Part shown: one piece after another, positions 48,310 through 58,460 of the stretch
Layout: each line of letters begins with the position of its first letter
Position numbering within the stretch: position 1 is the first letter of the stretch
Origin: Paraphysomonas bandaiensis
Taxonomy: Eukaryota; Protista; Chrysophyceae
Length of the DNA: 64,000 bases
Assembly (NCBI GenBank): GCA_965644295.1
Contig: CBFFRP010000210.1
Location: forward strand, 1-64,000
Direction: 5' to 3'
Translations under genes and position numbers: made by a program
The notes under the pieces: model-generated
Told to the model about the DNA's origin: nothing
Databases searched by the model: none
The model's input: the letters and a program-made list of their open reading frames with translations, nothing else

Positions 48310-48735
48310 ACACTTCCGAGCATCCCACTGTCCAATCTACACATGGATAACTTACTCATTCAATGACCGTGGAATGCTCTGTAAACGAAGCCAATTCAGA
48401 ACATCTAAATGTCTACTATATGTAGCAGTACTGCAAGTTTTTGAATCCCATGTACATGGAGGGTCCAGTGAACGAAACCACTACAAAACATCCAAACCTC
48501 CATCCAGTGTAGCATAGTAGCACACTTTTCATGCCATGAACATCAAGCGTTCCGCAAGATAAGCCATTTCAGAGCGTCCCAGTGTCCACCTCTTGCAGCA
48601 GTGCAGCATATTCTCTCATTCCATGGACATGGAAATGAAACTTTGATGTTTTGCAGTGGCTTCGTTCACAGGATCCTCTATGTCCGTATGATGAAGCAAT
48701 ACGCTGCTATGCTGCATCGTGGGTAGCAGTGTGTG
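48310..48735. pseudogene. Decayed ankyrin repeats of the DPPCPWD...AA..GHL.VL.WLR type, with internal inversion
   Basis: Minus strand: CPWNERICCTAARGGHWDALKWL and WFRSLDPPCTWDSKTCSTATYSRHLDVLNWLR. Plus strand from ~48639: NFDVLQWLRSQDPLCPYDE. Periodicity ~87 bp. Confidence 0.8.
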
Positions 48736-51243
48736 GGATCATAGAGATGATAAGACGAATCACATCATTGTTAAGATCAGATATATTCGACATATCAACA
48801 CTGATTCATTGATTATAGGAGGCTAACAGAGCAGAGTAGATCACTGCAAGATAATCAGATGAGCGCAGAGCTACATATGGATAGTCTGATATACAGCATA
48901 CTAGTACAGTGGCTGGCCCCTACAAGGTGCGCCCACATCAGGTCCTTGTAGGGTCCAGACACTGTACATGTATGTAGGAATTCCAACTGTATATACTTTC
49001 TCTGCACAACCATTCCTTTGAATACACTGTGGAATACAGGTGAGGAATACATGCATATAAGCAAAGAATACACACTCTGTACATATGTATACTCTCTGTA
49101 GATACATAAGGAGAATACTATAGTACTATCGTACTGTACAAAAAGATACTCTCCCATACATTGAGATGTGTTCTGGTACGTACCAGAACACTGTGCTGCA
49201 GATATATACATACGAGTCGGGTCTGGTACTGCTGCTCCTGGAGGATGCATGGGTGTGCGTGGGTGTGCGTAGGGTCAGGGTTAGGGTTAGGGTGGTGCGT
49301 GGGATCGAGAGTGAAGATCCGATGCATGCTCCGCCCTCTCCTGAGACATAAAAGATACGTGTCAAACCCCTCAGCTCTTTCCATACATACGTCTCAATGG
49401 GAAACCTGCCACCCGCGCCTCCTGCGCTGCCCTCCATGGGTGACATTGACGATAGCTTACTCCCTTGCAGCCCAGAAGATACTCTGAAAGTGCGAGATGC
49501 GATCCTGCTCTGCTGTGCCGTCTATGAAGACGATCCGCACTCATATTTGGAGCAGAAAGGGCACAGATTCAGTCACATACTGGAGTCAACTGGCGGTCCA
49601 AACGAAGGTCGCTTTTTGATAGGGCGAGTAAATACCGGCAATCCAAGTGATGAGAATGAGAAAGATAGTATATACTACTTAGCTCTCAGAGGATCGTTCA
49701 ACAGAGAGGACTGGGCGACCAACCTGACAGCTTGGCCTGAGGTGAAGAAAACGGGGTTCGTTCACTCCGGTTGGTATAGCCGCACGTTGTACCTACCACA
49801 GGGCTACATAGCTTCCCGTCTCGCCAAGGGTTCCCAAGTTGTCATCACTGGGCACAGTCTAGGTACGTACGTGGTTCTGTGCATCATCATTTCGTTAAAT
49901 TATTTGTGTGCATTGTTTGCAGGCGCTGCTGTTGCACAGCTCGTTGCCATGAATCTGCTGCAAGATTCAATGTTTTCTACAGAAGCCCTGAACAGAGTTT
50001 TGTGCATTACATTTGCAGCGCCACTTGTTGTAACAGATGCGACAGCACAGGTCTTTAATGCCTCACATCAACATCGATTTATGCAATTTATACATCGTGA
50101 TGATATTGTTCCAAAAGTCCTATCTTGGGGTCATCAAGAGCTGTCCAGTTATATTGCGAACATAGACACCAGCAATTCAGTGTCAGCAGCATGCCAGACA
50201 ATCATCGATTCTCTAGAGCAATTTGTTAAAAGCCCGGTAAAACCATTGGTCACAAAAGTGGTTTCGTCAATTTCAAAACGCATGTTAACGCTGTTGGCAA
50301 ACTACATTAACTACAAGCCTTTAGGAACGTATTATGACGTTCAACATGTTTCCACTGCTCTATCAAGAGATGAAATTGGGCATATAATGGCGTATTCCAA
50401 TTCAATTGTGAACACCGATTCATGTATAATACATCGCCTGGAGTCTTATGCTATCGTGTTACTGGCCAAAGCAAAGGAGACAACTAGCTATATCAGGAAG
50501 CGCCCGGACTGTTTGGTCGTTCCCCCGGTAATAATATCGCGTATTGTTGTCTCCATTGTACAGGGTAACAAGACAAAGTTGAATGCCATTGTTGAGGGCT
50601 GTAATCTCTATGGTGTGAGAAAGCTTCAAACCAATACATTGCCAATTTGTACCATTGATAAAATTGTGGAGAACAGTAATTTGGTGAGCTCTGAAAGGCT
50701 CTCTTTCAGCGTCCCGTTCAAAAAAGAAGCAATTCTAAATGTAAAGAAGAGGGCATTCCAAACAACTCTTTCAGTAACTGAGTTTTTTAGTGATTATCAA
50801 TGTAATAAAAGTTTTTTAGTAAAAACGGTTATCAATGTGCCTGTGGTGGTCAAAACATTCCACCTGTTGGATACGTGTTCATTCGGTGATTTACTGGTAG
50901 AGGCTTTCACAATTCTAACTCTCGCATCACAGCAAAATCTGACTTTAATTTTTCCAACACTTTTCGAGCTGTTAACGGAAATATTTTCCGCGGTGCCGGT
51001 TCATAAATTTCTGGTGTTAGGCCACCCCTTGTGTGCTATATACTTAGCCAACACTGACTGGGAAAAATTATGGCGCCAAAAGACTTTTCGGGTAGCTTTC
51101 ACCACATTGGCAAATCAACTTAGGAAGATAAAACATGATGTGCGGGAAAAACAAAGTGGAATGACTTCAGAGATGATTACGACGATTTTTCGGTTTGCAG
51201 ACACCCATCCTTGTAGGTCAAACATACAGAATGTGGTTACAAG

Positions 51244-51550
51244 TATTAATTTACGCTTTTAGTTAGTGCAATATTGACTGATTGATATTATAGGAGATAT
51301 AGTAAGTTTATGATGTTGTAGCCCTGTGAGTTAGGAACCACGTCATTCACCAACATCAACATTCTGTTCTACAAATCATATCTTTAACAGCTACTATATT
51401 TTCAGTTTCTTTGTATACTTGTAATAGCTACTCCTATACTGTAGTCATGTATATTCTGTATTTCATTGCTACATAGAATACAGGATAACTACTAGCGATT
51501 GACTTTACCAAACTTCAAGTACGCACGTAGGAGTTGGTTGTAGTTCAATA
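51244..51550 (-). repeat. 3' LTR
   Basis: Identical to 56116-56422; element-strand termini TATTGA...TTAATA. Confidence 0.97.
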
Positions 51551-51598
51551 CTCCCACTCAATGAACATATCAGAATATACTGTGATGAGCAAGTCTAC

Positions 51599-54500
51599 TT
51601 AGTGCGATACCATAGTGTGCACATGCTGATAGTGCAGCTTCTCGGACAAGGCTTTAGTCATCACGTCTGCTGTCATCTCTGCCGTTGGCACATGATTCAG
51701 CCTGACGATACAGCCTCCCACTTGCTCTCGAATCCAATGATACTTGATCCGAATATGCTTGGAACGTTTATGATTTACCGGGTTCTGAGCTAGATCAATC
51801 GCACTCTTGCTGTCCATATTCAAGATTGTTGGAGACGCATTCTTACTGAGCTCAAATCCACGAATTCCGAGCTCTGTCATCACCCCTCGTATCCATACAA
51901 TCTCCTGAATTGCAGCATATGCAGCCATATATTCAGCTTCCATAGTCGACGTAGCCACTGTTGGCTGCAGTCTGGACTGCCATGCAATTGGAGCACCCCA
52001 CAGATATACGATATACCCTGTAGTGGATCTGCATGTATCCAGATCTCCGGCCCAATCTGCATCAGAGTACACACATAGAGGGTCTTCATCTGTGAAATTA
52101 GGAAATATGATACCTTGATCAACTGTATTTTCTAAATACAATAAAGTATGCAGAGCAGCTTGACATGCAGCGTACGTGGGTCTTGTGGTGAACCGGGAGA
52201 GAAGATTTACTGTATATGCCATGTCTGGTCTAGTATGCACTGCCAAATACATTAAGGCACCAATAACAGATTGATAGGGAAATGCATCAACGTATTCTCT
52301 CTGTTTTCGAGTTTCTTCCTCTTTTGCATCCTTGGACAACTTTAGGCCAGGTGGTAGAGGTGTGGTTGCCTTGCACCGTCTCTTCTTTTCTGACAACAAG
52401 TGATTGAATCTGGCCACAACATCTTTAGCATATGCAGACTGATGTAACTTAATCTGGCCATTATGACGCTCAATGGTAAGACCTAAATAATGCTTAAGGT
52501 CCCCCATATCTTGCATGGCATATTGAGTCTTAAAGGCGCTGATGACTTCTTCAATATGACGGCTGTCAGAGCTGAGCACAATGATATCATCTACATACAC
52601 AAGTATCATATGTAGGTTATCATCAGTACCCTTGAGTACAAATAAACATGGGTCAAGAACACATTGTTTATACCCCATCGCCTTTATACTGTCCTTCAGC
52701 ATTGAATGCCAATTTCGAGGCGCTTGTTTTAGGCCATACAAACTCTTCAGAATCTTCAAACAACAGCCTTGTGGAATATCTATTCCTGCAGGTGGAGACA
52801 TAAACACGTCTTCGTCCAGATCTGCATACGGAAATGCCGTTTCTACATCGAGTTGACGGAGTTGCAGATTGTATCGCAGAGCCAGTGCCAGTGCTAGCCT
52901 AAATGATACACCTTTAGCTACTGGGGAGAATGTCTCATTATAGTCGACTCCTTGTTCTTGAGTAAACCCTTTCGCCACAAGTCGAACTTTGAACTTCTTA
53001 ATTTTTCCAAGATGGTCGCGCTTTACTTTAAAGACCAATTTAGATTTTATGATTTTTCGGTGTTTCGGCCTTCGGACAATCTTCCAGCATGTCCTTCGTT
53101 CAAGCTTGTGCACCTCCTTCCTGGTAGCTTCAATCCAGTATGTTCTCTGTGGAGTCTTCTTTGCTTCTGCCAGCGTCTGTGGCTCTTTAATTGTGCTGTT
53201 GGAGGAATCAAGAAACAATGAGACATCGCCGAGGACACCAACGTTAACAATGTGCCGTTTTTTTCGAGGTCGTTTTTCAGTTCTGGGATTTCGATCTGCC
53301 CCACCTGTTGAAGATGCGCCCCGATTTGAGCGGTCAGGAGTCCTCTGTTCATTGTCACTGTCATTACAAGTCTGATCCAACTCATTTCGCAAACTATTAA
53401 ACTTGTCGGTCTGACACTTTGTAGAGTGAGTCATCTTTACTACATCTTTGATATGAATTGGAGTTTGCTCCTCGGTAGTATTTCCTTTCATATCTAATCT
53501 CCTATATGCAACAATGACTCCTCTTCTCTCTATCACTCTGGTGGTAACATAACACAGGTGTCCATCAAGATGTCTGAGGCCCACCAGGTACTGATAGTCA
53601 TTTACACTCTCTGCTGTTTCTGAGGTGTCGATTTGTAGATTATCTATTTCGTCGAAATACTCCTGTGAACGCTCTGGAATTGACTCATCAAACTGTGCAT
53701 TGACTGCAACAATAATAGCATTCAGGTCTGGAATATATATTTGGTGTCCAACAGGTTGTTGACATTGTCCCATATAGTATCCAGGTTTTCCCTTTTCTTT
53801 CCACTCTTTGCGGCGCTGCTCCTTCGGCACAATAGCCCATGCCTTGCAGCCCCAGATCTTCAAGTCACTCACATCTGGTGCGGTTCCAGTAATATACTCA
53901 AAAGGTGAGATGTATCCTTTCGTTGTCTTCGTAGGTAACCTGTTGATCAGATATACAGCATGCAAGACTGCTTTGAACCAAAATACTGATGGCATGCCAC
54001 TATCGAGCAATATAGCAAGGGCCATCTCCTTCACTGTACGATTAGTGCGTTCCGATAGCGAATTCATTTCGGGTGTGTCACGTGGAGTCCAAGTAACCTG
54101 TACAGTCCTTGTGCTGGTGGTTTCACGTAAGTACTGCCTGACATGTTGCCCTACTAGTTCTCCTGCGCCATCTGCATGATATCGTCGTAGTTGCAATCCT
54201 TCTTTGACAAGTTGGGTCTCTACCATGTCCTTCATACACTTTAACACTTCACTCCCAGTCTTGTTTTTCAACCCATAAGCCCATACATGTTTTGCATCAC
54301 TGTGCTTGAATAGTAACACATGTTTGTAGCCTTCCATCGATGGCGTGTTTAGGACTTCCATCGTATCTGCACTGAGCACCCCTCTCTCCTTTGGGTTGTT
54401 GTCTAAGTTCATCAACTGGCGTGGAGTCCTGAAGTTCTTTCTCGTGAGTTTCGATCGCATGCAGGTATTACATTTGCATATCGTTTTTTTGTGTTTTTTT

Positions 54501-56116
54501 CTGAAATATTTCTTGTCCAGATTTATTCCATCAACTAGGCCTCGGCGGTCGGACTCAGTCAGTTTATCATAGTTGACATGGCCAAGTCTTTTGTGCCATA
54601 GAATTCGCTGGTCATCAAACCCCTGCTCCTCAAGTGCTGCTGAGGATTCTTCTCCAAGCTGAAGTAAGTCTTCGAGTCGAACTGGATATAATCCATTAAC
54701 ACTTCTCTGTCTAATGAGTGTCTTGTTCGTAGTCTTATTTCGAATGACGACTTCATCATTATCGAACGTCACAACACAACCCCTATCTGTGATGCTCTTC
54801 ATATCTACGAGGTTCTTACTTGCTTCAGGTGCGTAGTACACCTTTTTAAAGCTTCCTACATCGCCAACACTGTGTATTGACAGTTTACCTTTGTTCGCTG
54901 TGGACATCTGCCTATCAGCGCGCTGAAGGTTGGTCATGTGGTTTTTGGAGGTAAGGATCATCTTGTTGCACCCGCTGTCTAAATAAATAACATCTGACAT
55001 GCTCTGTGCTAGATTCACCTCTTCTTCCACACATATCATCGATTCGTATCCCGCTTCATCTTCTGAATCATGTACAGACACTCGCGGTTTCTTCTTGTTC
55101 TTGTAGGGTGCCGTTTCCCTTCTAGAGTCTCGCCCCCGTTTAGAACTGACCACTGCAGCTTTAGCAGTCTTCAAGTGGAAGCAGTCTTTAGTCTGATGGC
55201 CTGGGATGTCACATATCTCACACACAGGTAGCTTTGTTTTGTTATCACCCCTGTTTCTGTGATCTCTATCTTTTCTCTGTGATCTTGTCCCCTTCATCCT
55301 CTTTATGACATGCTCTGGAGTCTTGCACTCCCTAGCAAAGTGGCCAAGTTTCTTGCACTTATTGCATCTGCCCTTTCTCTTGTGCTCTTTCCATTTACTG
55401 TCATCCACTGCTTGATTGACACTGTCTTCCCCTGAATTTTGCAACGCATGCTTGCCGAATGATGTGTTTTCATACCCTTTGATTAGGCTGCTTGCTCTTG
55501 CGTATGTCACATCGTTTGCTGTATACAGGCTGTGTGCTAGTTGGGAATATCTCTTGTCTGTGAGACCTTCCTTTAGTCGAGTGAGCTTGTCGTCTTCCGT
55601 GACTTCACGACCTAGATTCTCGAGAATCTTGGCCTGGGCTTCAACGCTGTCGACGAACTCTGCTCCTGACTGACTTGAGGTAATCTTCATTGAATTGAAC
55701 TTTGTGACCTCTGCCTGTACTGTATTCTTTTCAACATTGAGAAATCTCTCTTCCAGTGCCTGTAGTAACCCTTTTGCTGTACTTCCTTCGTAGAGAGCCG
55801 CTGTTGTGCCTGCTTTTGGGTGAGCATTGCACACTTCCATCAGGAAGGAGTACGCGGTCTCGTTCCGGGTGTTCCAGAGTTTCTTCGCTTTGCGTAGTCG
55901 CTTCTTCTGTGCATCAGTCATATGAGCTCCCGCTGGGACTGTAGAGTCTAGATCATGAATGTGCCTTGGTTTATCCTTTGAGAGGACAAGATGAGCTCGA
56001 TTGTGTCTCATGAGGAATGAGGTGAAGAACTTCTTGAATTTCTTGAAGTTCAGTTCCTCGAAGGGAGGTACCTTTGAGCCTGAGGCGACATTCGTGAAAT
56101 TTCCATCCGCTGCCAT
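51599..56116 (-). CDS. Copia gag-pol polyprotein (1505 aa)
   Basis: Two CCHC knuckles, protease YLDSGC, GAG-pre-integrase WHKRLGH, integrase, RT YVDD, RNase H YSDADWAG; PR-IN-RT-RH order. Confidence 0.98.
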   Translation of the reverse strand: MAADGNFTNVASGSKVPPFEELNFKKFKKFFTSFLMRHNRAHLVLSKDKPRHIHDLDSTVPAGAHMTDAQKKRLRKAKKLWNTRNETAYSFLMEVCNAHPKAGTTAALYEGSTAKGLLQALEERFLNVEKNTVQAEVTKFNSMKITSSQSGAEFVDSVEAQAKILENLGREVTEDDKLTRLKEGLTDKRYSQLAHSLYTANDVTYARASSLIKGYENTSFGKHALQNSGEDSVNQAVDDSKWKEHKRKGRCNKCKKLGHFARECKTPEHVIKRMKGTRSQRKDRDHRNRGDNKTKLPVCEICDIPGHQTKDCFHLKTAKAAVVSSKRGRDSRRETAPYKNKKKPRVSVHDSEDEAGYESMICVEEEVNLAQSMSDVIYLDSGCNKMILTSKNHMTNLQRADRQMSTANKGKLSIHSVGDVGSFKKVYYAPEASKNLVDMKSITDRGCVVTFDNDEVVIRNKTTNKTLIRQRSVNGLYPVRLEDLLQLGEESSAALEEQGFDDQRILWHKRLGHVNYDKLTESDRRGLVDGINLDKKYFRKKHKKTICKCNTCMRSKLTRKNFRTPRQLMNLDNNPKERGVLSADTMEVLNTPSMEGYKHVLLFKHSDAKHVWAYGLKNKTGSEVLKCMKDMVETQLVKEGLQLRRYHADGAGELVGQHVRQYLRETTSTRTVQVTWTPRDTPEMNSLSERTNRTVKEMALAILLDSGMPSVFWFKAVLHAVYLINRLPTKTTKGYISPFEYITGTAPDVSDLKIWGCKAWAIVPKEQRRKEWKEKGKPGYYMGQCQQPVGHQIYIPDLNAIIVAVNAQFDESIPERSQEYFDEIDNLQIDTSETAESVNDYQYLVGLRHLDGHLCYVTTRVIERRGVIVAYRRLDMKGNTTEEQTPIHIKDVVKMTHSTKCQTDKFNSLRNELDQTCNDSDNEQRTPDRSNRGASSTGGADRNPRTEKRPRKKRHIVNVGVLGDVSLFLDSSNSTIKEPQTLAEAKKTPQRTYWIEATRKEVHKLERRTCWKIVRRPKHRKIIKSKLVFKVKRDHLGKIKKFKVRLVAKGFTQEQGVDYNETFSPVAKGVSFRLALALALRYNLQLRQLDVETAFPYADLDEDVFMSPPAGIDIPQGCCLKILKSLYGLKQAPRNWHSMLKDSIKAMGYKQCVLDPCLFVLKGTDDNLHMILVYVDDIIVLSSDSRHIEEVISAFKTQYAMQDMGDLKHYLGLTIERHNGQIKLHQSAYAKDVVARFNHLLSEKKRRCKATTPLPPGLKLSKDAKEEETRKQREYVDAFPYQSVIGALMYLAVHTRPDMAYTVNLLSRFTTRPTYAACQAALHTLLYLENTVDQGIIFPNFTDEDPLCVYSDADWAGDLDTCRSTTGYIVYLWGAPIAWQSRLQPTVATSTMEAEYMAAYAAIQEIVWIRGVMTELGIRGFELSKNASPTILNMDSKSAIDLAQNPVNHKRSKHIRIKYHWIREQVGGCIVRLNHVPTAEMTADVMTKALSEKLHYQHVHTMVSH

Positions 56117-56422
56117 ATTAATTTACGCTTTTAGTTAGTGCAATATTGACTGATTGATATTATAGGAGATATAGTAAGTTTATGATGTTGTAGCCCTGTG
56201 AGTTAGGAACCACGTCATTCACCAACATCAACATTCTGTTCTACAAATCATATCTTTAACAGCTACTATATTTTCAGTTTCTTTGTATACTTGTAATAGC
56301 TACTCCTATACTGTAGTCATGTATATTCTGTATTTCATTGCTACATAGAATACAGGATAACTACTAGCGATTGACTTTACCAAACTTCAAGTACGCACGT
56401 AGGAGTTGGTTGTAGTTCAATA
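56116..56422 (-). repeat. 5' LTR
   Basis: Identical to 51244-51550. Confidence 0.97.
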
Positions 56423-57471
56423 ACAAGACTTTTTACTGCCAATGATGATGATGATTACGACGAATCAATGGAGCGTGATATTCATGCAATGGTGGTTCCA
56501 GTGATAGCCGATACACTAAACAGTGAAATGATTGCTGCCAAGTCAGAGCTCCGGCAGGCGCGGAAGATGTTGTTGTGTGGAGACACTGACGAGATAGATA
56601 TCGTGGCTCAGAATGAGAAGTGCAATGAGCTCTACAAGACATACCTGGCAAAATTATCAGTTGCACTAATGGGTACGCGAGGAATACCACTACCGTTGAA
56701 TAATTTCTATGGCACACAAAGTCAAGGTCCTTTTGTTGACAGTTTGAGCGAATATCTAGCAAATAAACATGTGAGAAAGCTTATCCAGACGTTCGCTATG
56801 ACGTCTGCTGGAGCGTATTTTGTTGGTTTCTACGGTATATTGTTTTATGCTTTCTTTCTATTGAATCCCGGCATCTTTCTAGTAGCGGCTTTCTTTGGAG
56901 GGGTGGCTTCATACATTGCATTTGATAGCCTCGATGATATGGGTGAGAACCCAGCCATCACAAGATCATCTTTAAAATTGTTGTATGGTGTTACGGAGAT
57001 TTTAGGTGGTTTTGATCAAACAGCACCTATTGGCCACCAAGAACGTTTTGTTTGTGAACACATGAAAAGAATACTCGAGTCAAAGACATACAGAGAATTC
57101 ATTCTCGAACATCAAGAAACTCTCTCCATTCCTGATTCACATGTTGATAGTTGCTCCAGGCGGTTGAAATTGATTGTATATAGTCATCTTTTGCGCCAAG
57201 AATTGAAGAAATTGCCTGTAGTTATGCTTTGTGGCCCCACTGAATCTGGTGGGTAACAATTCTACATAAGAACAGTCATAATTTGAACTTAGCTCACAAG
57301 TCATGTGTTTAGGTAAATCAGCCCTGCGAGAGCATATGGTAAATCCAGAGAATCCCAATCGCGATCAATTTGGAGACGAAACAGAAAAACGCACTCCAGT
57401 TCCCGAGTTGTTTTTATGCAAAATATCCAATGAAAGGTCATTTATTGTTCTTGACACTATTGGGATGGGCG

Positions 57472-57531
57472 ATGCAGATATTCCTGATGGCAATGCAGAT
57501 ATTCCTGATGGCAATGCAGATATTCCTGATG
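57472..57531 (+). repeat. 21-bp in-frame tandem repeat x~3 (ADIPDGN)
   Basis: ATGCAGATATTCCTGATGGCA repeated. Confidence 0.95.
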
Positions 57532-58460
57532 TGTGTGGAACTATCGAGGCAGCCAATAAGCATTTTGGAAAATTTTGTACGGCTCGTGTTATCGTGGTCA
57601 CAAAAGATTCGACCGAGCGAAACAAAAAAGAGCGAAACAAAACAGCGCGTGGATCATCTGAAGTGTTCGATCACCCTGTTTTGACAGCTATTAATAAAAG
57701 CGATACCTATGCATTCATAAGAGACCCTGGGATCTCAGAAATAGAAAAACGAGAAAAGTTGATTAAAGAAGGTAAACTGAGGTCATTTCAGATTCGTCCC
57801 TTTAATGAAGACATGTATATGCCTCGTTGTTGGACTTGTTTTGACAATTTTGACGATCTTGATATACTTGCTGATATCATCCTGAAACCTTGTGATGTTA
57901 AGGGATGGATTGAACACCACTTGTATGATACCTAAGTAGGAGTTGATTGGAGTGGTGTCAATGCGCGCTGTGGCCAATTAATTATCCAACATACTGCTAT
58001 AACCGTAATCCGCGTTAGTCATCCCTTGGTTTAATTGCTAACTATTCAGTTTGTTGAATGTTTATTATTAGTTTCTTCTAGTTTTATTTGATGTTTTGTT
58101 ACATCACGTGATGGTGGTATTATTACGGTTACGTTTTATGAATGGCTGACGGGTTATCATGACCAGTTTGATACTGTTTTCATGCTGTTTACCCGCCTGC
58201 TTCTTCTTTCTCCTTCGTACATTCCAAATAAGATTTAAGCTTATTAGTAAAAACAATGTTGTGATTATTAGAGTGTAAGTAATGAACACAGTAAAAAGTG
58301 ATAAAGAGAGAATAGTCATATAGAATATAACTATCATGTACAACGGAATAGTTAGAAGTGTAACTGATAATGACGATCATGTATCTTGAACAGATACTAT
58401 CATTTATTCAGTTCGTGATATATTTCATTGAACATCATAACTCACATACACTATATCTTA

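Larger units (their letters stand above)
51244..56422 (-). mobile_element. Intact Ty1/Copia LTR retrotransposon
   Basis: Two 307-bp LTRs with no differences seen; 5-bp TSD ACAAG; PPT TTGAGTGGGAG; single gag-pol ORF. Confidence 0.98.
49397..57935 (+). pseudogene. Lipase class 3 / transmembrane / P-loop GTPase fusion gene disrupted by a Copia insertion
   Basis: Removing 51244-56427 restores the frame (NVVT-RLFTANDDDD...MERD). Intron 49863-49922 gives GHSLGAAVA; intron 57249-57312 gives GPTESGKS. DTIG (G3) and NKSD (G4) present; hydrophobic segment at ~56790-56925. Confidence 0.88.

Noticed and set aside
49271-49293. TTAGGG telomere-like repeats
   Set aside because: Only two to three units; too short to call an interstitial telomere.
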